Made by a program: the position numbers and the translations under genes | Shown here: positions 17,698-24,229 of the stretch, piece after piece | Layout: the number at the start of each line of letters is the position of its first letter | Numbering within the stretch: position 1 is the stretch's first letter | DNA from: Cupriavidus necator | GTDB taxonomy: Bacteria > Pseudomonadota > Gammaproteobacteria > Burkholderiales > Burkholderiaceae | Direction of reading: 5' to 3' | NCBI RefSeq assembly: GCF_016127575.1 | Contig: NZ_CP066019.1 | Span: 930,001-962,000 of the forward strand | DNA: 32,000 nt | The notes under the pieces: generated by a model | What the model was told of the DNA's origin: nothing | What the model saw: the letters and a program-made list of their open reading frames with translations, nothing else | Database searches by the model: none

Positions 17698-17919
17698 ATG
17701 AGCGTGCAGCTGAAACGGAAAGTCGCATTCGCCCTGTCGATGGGAGTCGTGACGACAGGGATCATTTCCTTTGTCCTCCTTACTCTCAATCTCGGATTCT
17801 CGGAAGGATTTGCCCTGACGTGGCTGCGTTCCTGGGGCATCGGATATGTGATCGTCATTCCCGCCATCCTCCTGGTCGGTCCGCGTTTGCAAACGCAGGT
17901 CGATCGCCTGATTCACTGA
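17698..17919 (+). CDS. DUF2798-like small membrane protein (73 aa)
   Basis: MSVQLKRKVAFALSMGVVTTGIISFVLLTLNLGFSEGFALTWLRSWGIGYVIVIPAILLVGPRL... Two TM helices with the pattern I recall for DUF2798. Strong SD. This family is commonly next to TetR genes. Confidence 0.6.
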   Translation: MSVQLKRKVAFALSMGVVTTGIISFVLLTLNLGFSEGFALTWLRSWGIGYVIVIPAILLVGPRLQTQVDRLIH

Positions 17920-17949
17920 GCCGGCAGGCCCGCATCGAGGACCACTGAC

Positions 17950-18906
17950 ATGTCCAGGTCATTCCTGCCGCGGCTGCTTGCCTCCGTTCTCGTCCTCGGC
18001 GCTTTGATTGCGTCGGGATGCGCCCACCACGCCAACAAGCCGGTACAGAAAGCCGAGATCGGATTCATCAAACTCGACTCGGACATCTCGCTCAGGACGA
18101 TGGTGGTGCACAACCCCAGTCCGAGAGGGACCGTTCTCTTCCTGCATGGATTCCCGGAGACCCTGTACGCCTGGAAGGACATTGCCCTGACTCTCGGCGA
18201 TGACTACGAAGTACACGCCATCGATTGGCCTGGCTACGGCCTCTCATCACGACCAACGGCCGACAAGTTCTCCTATGCGCCCAGAGACTATGCCCGGGTT
18301 CTGAAGGAGTACATCCGCAAGGCGGGCATCGGCACGTCAAAGCTCACGATCTACGCAACGGATATCGGAGCCTTGCCTGCCCTTCTCCTGGCTCTCGAGG
18401 AGCCGGACATTGCCAGGACGATCATCGTGGGCGACTTCGCCCCGTTCAACAGACCTCGTTACATGTACGAAAGCCTGCAGAGCCTGAAGTCGCAACCTTC
18501 GGCCGAGCTGGCTCGTGTTCAGTTGAACAAGAATCGCGAGGATGTTCTCCAGAATGCCTACAGGCGCGGCTTGGCCAGGGAAGCGCAGTTCGACATATCC
18601 GGCGAACTCAAGGACGACATGTCACGCGGATGGAGCCATGGGGAGATGACGTCAGCGGACGCCTTCTATCACTACTACTTGCACTTCACGCGGGACCAGG
18701 AGTATTTCGAGGCGAACCTGGGCCGGCTCAAGACGCCCGTGAAGGTAGTCTGGGGTGAGAAAGACATCTACATCAATAAGGACATGGGCATCGAGTTCGC
18801 CGAGAAGGCCCATGCAGCGTTCACCCTGCTTCACGGGGTTGGGCACTACCCGCACCTGCAGGACCCCCAGCAAACCGTGGCAGAGATTCGCGCTTCATTC
18901 CGGTAA
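17950..18906 (+). CDS. Alpha/beta hydrolase, epoxide hydrolase/haloalkane dehalogenase-like, probable lipoprotein
   Basis: 318 aa. Lipobox-like signal (LVLGALIASGC), oxyanion motif HGFPE, Asp nucleophile elbow IYATDIGA, C-terminal GHYPHLQDP. GAGGA SD 8 nt upstream. Uses AGG/AGA/ATA codons that are rare in the flanking genes. Confidence 0.8.
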   Translation: MSRSFLPRLLASVLVLGALIASGCAHHANKPVQKAEIGFIKLDSDISLRTMVVHNPSPRGTVLFLHGFPETLYAWKDIALTLGDDYEVHAIDWPGYGLSSRPTADKFSYAPRDYARVLKEYIRKAGIGTSKLTIYATDIGALPALLLALEEPDIARTIIVGDFAPFNRPRYMYESLQSLKSQPSAELARVQLNKNREDVLQNAYRRGLAREAQFDISGELKDDMSRGWSHGEMTSADAFYHYYLHFTRDQEYFEANLGRLKTPVKVVWGEKDIYINKDMGIEFAEKAHAAFTLLHGVGHYPHLQDPQQTVAEIRASFR

Positions 18907-18972
18907 GCCCGCATTGCGAGCGGGGCCCGGGCAGCCGACCTCGTCTGAGGACGACGGGATCCCGCACGACAC

Positions 18973-19836
18973 ATGAGCGCCCCTCTGCCACGGACCTTTG
19001 GCCCGCTGGCGGACCCCACCGCGCACGGCGGCACTGCGAACGACGCGTTTCATCTGGTGATTCCGTCGATTCCCGGCTTCGGCTTTTCACAGAAGCCCGC
19101 AGACACTGGCTGGAATCCGGATCGCATCGCACGCACCTGGGACGTGCTGATGAAGCGGCTCGGATATGCGCGCTACGTTTCGCAGGGAGGCGACTGGGGC
19201 GCCATCATCTCCGACGCACTTGGCCGTCTGGCGCCTGAAGGACTGCTTGGCATCCACGTCAGCCGCATCGAGCGCGCCACGACGTTGCCACCAGCAATAG
19301 CCATGGCGCTGAAAAGCGGGGAGCCTGCGCCGGCAAACCTGACCACCGAAGAAAAGCAGGTGTTCGATGAGGCGAGGGATTTCCTCAACAAGGGATTCGG
19401 TTACGCGGCCATCATGCAAACGCGGCCGCAGACCATCGGCTTTGGCCTGGCCGATTCGCCAGTGGGGCTGGCAGCGTGGATCTATGACAAGCAGGCCGAC
19501 TGGGTATTCACGCGTGGCGATCCTGAGCGGTCACTGGACCGTGACGCGATCCTTGACAACATCTCGCTCTACTGGCTCACAAATACAGGCGGGTCGAGCG
19601 GACGGATCTACTGGGAAACCAGTGCCGCCCCGGCAAGGAATTCCCCCATCACCGTTCCAGTGGCAGTGACCGTCTTCCCTGGCGAGGTCTACCGGCCACC
19701 GAGGCAGTGGTTGGCACGAGCCTATCCAAACCTGATCTACTACAACCGCGTTGCCAAAGGCGGTCACTTCGCGGCTTGGGAAGAACCGGAGCTGTTCAGC
19801 GCGGAGCTACGATCTGCGTTCCGATCGTTGCGCTGA
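18973..19836 (+). pseudogene. 5'-truncated epoxide hydrolase (EH N-terminal domain and HGWP oxyanion motif missing)
   Basis: The 287-aa ORF starts at the equivalent of ...FGPLADPTAHGG. It retains the nucleophile motif GGDWGA and the C-terminal GGHFAAWEEPE. It lacks roughly 110-120 N-terminal residues found in full-length members as recalled. An in-frame TGA lies at 18946-18948, and only 66 nt separate it from the upstream gene. Confidence 0.6.
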
Positions 19837-19932
19837 GCGGAAGACGCTGTGCAGGAACGGTGTCGGCCCACGGTGGACGTTGCGCAACTCGCGTCACGCT
19901 GCTTGCCGTTTGGCCGGCACAACCGTTCCTAT

Positions 19933-19961
19933 GTACACCGCCGGCACATCGAGCGGTGTAC
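19933..19961. terminator. Hairpin between convergent genes (possible bidirectional terminator)
   Basis: 9-bp stem GTACACCGC (19933-19941) / GCGGTGTAC (19953-19961) with an 11-nt loop. No U-tract on either strand. Confidence 0.25.
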
Positions 19962-19986
19962 CGGACGGACTCAGCGGGTACCTCGT

Positions 19987-20427
19987 TCACCGATGCCGAA
20001 ATGGAGCGTCACGAGCGTTCTCTGCTCTCATGTTGGCAGACAAGGTGTCAATCAAGGGACAAGAAGCCTCATTGCCATTGGCGTGGCATTGCCCAATGAG
20101 ATTCTTCAGTTCCGCTCGCATTCGTCGCAGATCCTTCATTCTTTCCTCAACAAGACTGAGCTTTTGCTCGGCCAGCGCGCGGGCTGTACTGCACGTGCTG
20201 CCATCGTTCTGTCGCAGCAGTACCCGGATTTCATCCAGGGTGAACCCGAGCGACTGGGCCTGGCGAATGAAATGAAGCCGCTGCAAGCTCTGCTGCGAAT
20301 ACTGTCGAATGGCGCCATAGGCACGCTCCGGCACCGGCAGCAGGCCGCACCGATGGTAGTAGCGTACCGTCTCCACGCCAACACCAGCCGCCTTGGCCAG
20401 CTTCCCGATTGTTAGTGTGTGCTCCAT
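19987..20427 (-). CDS. merR: MerR-family regulator of the Hg(II)-sensing MerR type
   Basis: 146 aa with N-terminal HTH (LTIGKLAKAAGVGVETVRYYHRCGLL). Cys79, Cys114 and Cys123 have spacings of 35 and 9, identical to Cys82/117/126 of Tn501 MerR. Their contexts (GSTC, QCH, SCPLI) resemble MerR. The gene is divergent from a mer-type operator. Confidence 0.8.
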   Translation of the reverse strand: MEHTLTIGKLAKAAGVGVETVRYYHRCGLLPVPERAYGAIRQYSQQSLQRLHFIRQAQSLGFTLDEIRVLLRQNDGSTCSTARALAEQKLSLVEERMKDLRRMRAELKNLIGQCHANGNEASCPLIDTLSANMRAENARDAPFRHR

Positions 20428-20430
20428 CGC

Positions 20431-20461
20431 TTGACTCCGTACCTTGGTACGGACCTACGCT
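20431..20461 (+). promoter_or_regulatory. mer-type operator/promoter (19-bp spacer, 7-4-7 dyad)
   Basis: TTGACT (20431-20436), a 19-nt spacer, then TACGCT (20456-20461). The dyad TCCGTAC-CTTG-GTACGGA (20436-20453) matches the Tn21/Tn501 operator TCCGTAC-ATGA-GTACGGA as recalled. The merR ATG (20427) lies 3 nt from the -35. Confidence 0.75.
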
Positions 20462-20575
20462 ACGCCTAAACCGCACATACGGGAAGGGCGGATTGCGTTT
20501 CGATGGGTAACGACAGGGATCGGAGCGCCAGGCACGGTGACCGTCTGCTGCCCATCGGCCGTGAGGCAAAGAGAA

Positions 20576-20845
20576 ATGATGAGCGCCGTCAAGCTGCAGT
20601 CAATCATCACCTGCCCCAAGTGCGCGCATGCAAAAGAAGAAACCATGCCCATCGATGCCTGCCAGTGGTGCTATGAGTGCGAGTGCTGCCACGCGATGCT
20701 AAGGCCCAAGGCCGGTGATTGCTGCGTCTTCTGCTCATACGGCAGCGAAAGGTGCCCGCCCATGCAGCAGCATTCCTGCTCGTGTGTTCGCCGACGCAGG
20801 TACAGCGATGCACGACGTACCCTCGATTCGGTTCCCCCCGGATGA
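20576..20845 (+). CDS. Cys-rich GDCCVxC-motif small protein (89 aa, 13 Cys)
   Basis: MMSAVKLQSIITCPKCAHAKEETMPIDACQWCYECECCHAMLRPKAGDCCVFCSYGSERCPPMQ... It contains the literal GDCCVFC motif of the family I recall being named 'GDCCVxC domain (seleno)protein'. GAGG lies 9 nt upstream of ATG 20576. An in-frame GTG at 20537 is an alternative start. No TM helix or signal peptide. Confidence 0.7.
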   Translation: MMSAVKLQSIITCPKCAHAKEETMPIDACQWCYECECCHAMLRPKAGDCCVFCSYGSERCPPMQQHSCSCVRRRRYSDARRTLDSVPPG

Positions 20846-20945
20846 TCCCGCCTCTTACCCAGCTCCGCTTGCCAGCGGAACATGTTTTTGCTCGACATTA
20901 CGCGACGCCCGTTATACGTCGCGGGGAATTCAGAGAGGGGTCATT

Positions 20946-21170
20946 ATGCAATCGCGGATCATTCGCGTTCTGCCCGCAGAAGATGGCTGGGCATTGGAGT
21001 TCGGCGGCCTCAATATAAAGGCCCAGAAATTTCCGACCATGGAGGCGGCAATCGCTGCGGGTTGGGGGGTGGCCAGACGAGAGAACGCCGAATTGCACAT
21101 ACATCGTCACGACGGGGACGTGCAATTGCGCAACGCGTGCGGCGACGAGCAACAGGAGGCGCGGCGGTGA
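20946..21170 (+). CDS. DUF2188-like small protein (74 aa)
   Basis: MQSRIIRVLPAEDGWALEFGG...FPTMEAAIAAGWGVARRENAELHIHRHDGDVQLRNACGDE follows the DUF2188 pattern (GW...T..eAi..a..iAr....eL.iH..dG.i) as recalled. GAGAGGGG SD 5 nt upstream. Confidence 0.6.
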   Translation: MQSRIIRVLPAEDGWALEFGGLNIKAQKFPTMEAAIAAGWGVARRENAELHIHRHDGDVQLRNACGDEQQEARR

Positions 21171-21350
21171 CGCCGTACTAGCTGTGAAGCGGCGAAAAAG
21201 GGCAAGGAGAACGCCTGGGAAAGGGTGGTGAGCTCAAGTGATGTTTTGGGCGCACATTTGCCAGGCAGTGCCTGCCAAATTCCTTGAGGGGAGATACTGT
21301 GCGGCAGATCCGCTCGAACGGCCACGCTTGATGCGGCTTCCACGAGGACT

Positions 21351-21378
21351 GTCTGGCGGTGCCGAAGCACCGCCAGAC
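21351..21378 (-). terminator. Strong stem-loop 3' of the 60-aa ORF (UUCG tetraloop, no U-tract)
   Basis: Perfect 12-bp stem GTCTGGCGGTGC (21351-21362) / GCACCGCCAGAC (21367-21378). The loop reads UUCG on the - strand. It begins 12 nt after the TAG (21390-21392). Confidence 0.45.
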
Positions 21379-21389
21379 CAGAGGCATTG

Positions 21390-21572
21390 CTATCCCGCAA
21401 GCGGCCCGGCCGCCATCAAGGCATCCAGCTTTGCCTTCACCATTTCAAGCAGGCAGAGCGCGCTGAAGCACGCTTCCGAGCGCACGCTTTGCTGCTCCAG
21501 CAGTACGAGTACGCCATCAATGCCGGCACGCACTTCATGCAGGCACGCGTTGGTTTCGATTGCATCGACCAT
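21390..21572 (-). CDS. Hypothetical 60-aa protein (possibly DUF3077-like, weak)
   Basis: MVDAIETNACLHEVRAGIDGVLVLLEQQSVRSEACFSALCLLEMVKAKLDALMAAGPLAG. Perfect AAGGAG (21579-21584) lies 6 nt upstream of ATG 21572. The C-terminal EMVKAKLDAL resembles the end of DUF3077 proteins as recalled. The antisense 118-aa track ORF looks non-coding. Confidence 0.5.
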   Translation of the reverse strand: MVDAIETNACLHEVRAGIDGVLVLLEQQSVRSEACFSALCLLEMVKAKLDALMAAGPLAG

Positions 21573-21621
21573 TACTGACTCCTTAGCAGGTTAAGGCGCG
21601 CCACTCATTTGAAGGTGAAGG

Positions 21622-21700
21622 TGGCGGGCCAGACTGCGAGGGTGGAAACCAGTCTCCGGGAAAACCAGCCAGCCTTGCGGCTGCCTCGCCTGGCCCGCCA
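21622..21700. other. About 79-nt GC-rich nested inverted repeat (structured RNA or REP-like element candidate)
   Basis: The outer arms TGGCGGGCCAG (21622-21632) / CTGGCCCGCCA (21690-21700) continue with GCGAGG (21636-21641) / CCTCGC (21684-21689) after a 3-nt bulge. The inner hairpin is AGCC-TTGC-GGCT. It lies in a 379-nt non-coding gap. Confidence 0.3.
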
Positions 21701-21951
21701 TGGAACGATGCGTTCATGCGAGCACGCAGGAGTGCCGTATGGGATGCGACTCTCCTGCCCGGAGACACCTCGGGTTTCCACGCCCGGTCACCGGCGATCC
21801 GATGACGCAACCAGTATTTCCTGCCAGAGTCATGCAGGCGATAAGAGATGTCGCATTCGGAAGAGGCGCGCGAAGCTTGCGGCAACTCAGGCGAGTCGGA
21901 AATCGTTGAGTCTTGGAATGCGAGGTGGTCGCGGCATGGAACTAAGCCAAA

Positions 21952-23094
21952 TTATGCGTTCCCGATCCCGCCAGCGAAGATCTTTGGCAGGGATCCGTCC
22001 ACACTATGCTCCCCCACCTGAGCCACAAAATCCTCCCCCTCCGGCAACCCCAACGAAAACTTCACCGGAAAATTCACAGCAATCCCGCCTTCCGCGGGTA
22101 CGGACCGCACCACCTCCCGCGCCTGCACATGCGGATCCTCAAACAGCGCCGTCGCCCCCAGCAACGGCGAGAACGGAATATCCAGCGGCCCGAAGAACGC
22201 CTCCCACTCGGCCAGGTCGCGCGTGCGGAACACCGCCGCCATCAGGTCATTGACCTCCACCTTGTGCCCGTACCGTCCGGCACGCGTGGCAAAACGCGGA
22301 TCGCGCAGGGCCGGGAACTCATCACCCAGCGCCTCGCACAGGTTGACCCAGAACTTGTTCTCGAGGATGCCCATCGCCAGATGCAGGCCATCGCGCGTCT
22401 CGAAGAGATCGTTCTCCGGCATCACGGTAGGGGATGCCTGCGGCGATGCCTCATGCCCGCGGGCGGCCCAGACGCCATGGGCGGTCCACGACAGGATCGC
22501 GTCATGGATCGAGACATCCAGATGTTGCCCCTGCCCGTTCTGGTGCGCACTCATGATCGCCACTGCAAGCGACAGCGCCGCGTAGCCGGATGCGGCGTAA
22601 TCCGACACCCGCACGCGCGGGCGCGAGACCTTGTCGTGCACCTGCACCGGCGTCGCCCAATAGCCGGCCAGCGCCAGGTAGTTCAGGTCATGCCCGGCGT
22701 GGCTGGCATAGGGGCCAGTCTGGCCGAAGCCCGAGACCGAACACAGCACGATGGCCGGATTGACCGCCGCCAGTGCTTCATAGCCCAGCCCGAGTCGCGC
22801 CATCACGCCGGGGCGGAAGCCTTCCACCACGGCATCGGCATTGCGGACCAGGTCAAGGAAGGCTTCGCGGCCAGCATCGGTCTTCAAGTCCAGCGCTACC
22901 GAGCGTTTGCCGCGATTGAACTGTGCAAACACCGTCGGACCAAGCTGCCGCGCAGTGTCGCCGGTGCCGGGCTGCTCTACCTTGATGACATCGGCACCCA
23001 GTTGCCGCAGCAGGCTGCATGCGTGCGGACCGGGCAGCAACTGGCTGACGTCGATGATGGTGACGTCCTTGAGGCAGGACCATTCTGGCTTCAT
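21952..23094 (-). CDS. Family III (CaiB/BaiF) CoA-transferase
   Basis: 380 aa. N-terminal IIDVSQLLPGPHACSLLRQLGADVIKVE motif, and catalytic Asp context RVSDYAASGYAA. Confidence 0.85.
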   Translation of the reverse strand: MKPEWSCLKDVTIIDVSQLLPGPHACSLLRQLGADVIKVEQPGTGDTARQLGPTVFAQFNRGKRSVALDLKTDAGREAFLDLVRNADAVVEGFRPGVMARLGLGYEALAAVNPAIVLCSVSGFGQTGPYASHAGHDLNYLALAGYWATPVQVHDKVSRPRVRVSDYAASGYAALSLAVAIMSAHQNGQGQHLDVSIHDAILSWTAHGVWAARGHEASPQASPTVMPENDLFETRDGLHLAMGILENKFWVNLCEALGDEFPALRDPRFATRAGRYGHKVEVNDLMAAVFRTRDLAEWEAFFGPLDIPFSPLLGATALFEDPHVQAREVVRSVPAEGGIAVNFPVKFSLGLPEGEDFVAQVGEHSVDGSLPKIFAGGIGNA

Positions 23095-23173
23095 ACAGCG
23101 CCCTGGGGGGAGAACGAAAGAAGGGGTGCCGCACGTGCGGAAGGTGGCGTGCGGCGCGGGGCGGACCGGACGC

Positions 23174-24166
23174 TCACCCCAGGTCGCCGAGCATGCCGAT
23201 CGACTTCATCAGGTCGCCGTAACGCGCGTTGTCGCTGGCGACAATGGTGCCGAACTGCGCGGGCGAGGCGCTGCGGCGCAGTTCGCCGGCATTGGCCTTG
23301 AGCTGGGCATCAAACACGCCGGCCGTCTGCAGGGCGCCGACGGCGGCATGCAGCTTCTGGGTCAGTTCGGCCGGGAAGTTGGCCGGTGCGAACAGGCCGC
23401 TCCAGTTGTCGATGACAAAGCCCGGGGGCAGGGCTTCGGCCATGGTTGGCACGTCCGGGAAGAACGGCGAACGGGTGGCCGCAGTGACGGCAAGCACCCT
23501 GACCTGGTTATTGCGCACGTATTGCGTTGCGGTGCCGAGCACCGGCATGCCGAACTGGGTTTGTCCGGTCAGCATGGCGGTGATGATTTCCGGCGCACCC
23601 TTGTAAGGGATATGCACGGCGTCACAGCCGGTCTGGTGCAGCATGGTTTCCACCGCAAGATGGGCGATGCTGCCCTTGCCGCCGGAGCCGTAGTTGAACT
23701 TGCCCGGCGCTTTCTTCATGGCGGCGATCAGTTCGGCAGCGGTCTTGTAGGGCGACGAGACCGGCACCACCAGCGCGGACGGTCCGCCGGACAGGGCCGT
23801 GATCGGCGTGAAGTCGTGGATCGGATCGTATGGCATCTTGCGGTACATGTGCACGTTGATCACGTGCGCATTGGCCAGTATGCCCAGCGTATAGCCATCG
23901 GGCGCGGCCCGGCGCAGCGCGCTGGCGCCGATGATGCCGCCGGCGCCGGGCATGTTCTCGACCACCAGCGGCTGGCCGAGCTTCTTGCCCAGCTCCGCCG
24001 ACAGCGTGCGGGCCACGTTGTCGGGCGTGCTGCCGGCGATAAACGGAACGATCAGCCGGATCGGGCGGCTGGGGTAGCTGGATGAAGCGCTGGCGGCGCG
24101 GGCCGGCAGCAGCAGGCTGCCCAGCGCGGCGGCGCCGGCGGTGGCAAGCCAGTTTCGGCGGTTCAT
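23174..24166 (-). CDS. Bug-family (TctC) tripartite tricarboxylate transporter substrate-binding protein
   Basis: 330 aa. Tat-like signal MNRRNWLATAGAAALGSLLLPARA. Family block YPSRPIRLIVPFIAGSTPD. GGAGA SD. Confidence 0.85.
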   Translation of the reverse strand: MNRRNWLATAGAAALGSLLLPARAASASSSYPSRPIRLIVPFIAGSTPDNVARTLSAELGKKLGQPLVVENMPGAGGIIGASALRRAAPDGYTLGILANAHVINVHMYRKMPYDPIHDFTPITALSGGPSALVVPVSSPYKTAAELIAAMKKAPGKFNYGSGGKGSIAHLAVETMLHQTGCDAVHIPYKGAPEIITAMLTGQTQFGMPVLGTATQYVRNNQVRVLAVTAATRSPFFPDVPTMAEALPPGFVIDNWSGLFAPANFPAELTQKLHAAVGALQTAGVFDAQLKANAGELRRSASPAQFGTIVASDNARYGDLMKSIGMLGDLG

Positions 24167-24229
24167 GCTTGGTCTCCGTGGTCTTGTCTTATGGTGTTCA
24201 TGCCGGCGGCGACCGTGCCGCCGGCACGG

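Noticed and set aside
16720-17916. 398-aa - strand ORF across the tetR/DUF2798 region
   Set aside because: It is antisense to a clear TetR HTH protein and a DUF2798-like protein that both have promoter and SD support. The translation has no recognisable domain.
17928-18914. 8-mer GCCCGCAT flanking the alpha/beta hydrolase gene (17928-17935 and 18907-18914), as a possible cassette or target-site duplication
   Set aside because: An 8-bp GC-rich match is too short to separate from chance in a post-hoc search. No longer repeat or recombinase gene supports it.
20843-21181. Selenocysteine read-through of the TGA ending the GDCCVxC ORF (the family name mentions selenoproteins)
   Set aside because: The downstream in-frame sequence (SRLLPSSACQRNMFLLDITRR...) is not protein-like. 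It overlaps the DUF2188 gene out of frame, and the Cys-rich core is already complete with Cys at the motif positions. I saw no SECIS-like hairpin immediately after the TGA.
21238-21594. 118-aa + strand ORF overlapping the 60-aa - strand ORF
   Set aside because: The translation is Ser/Ala/Arg/Pro-rich and low complexity, with only a GTG/ATG start and no SD. The - strand ORF has a perfect AAGGAG at ideal spacing and a 3' stem-loop.
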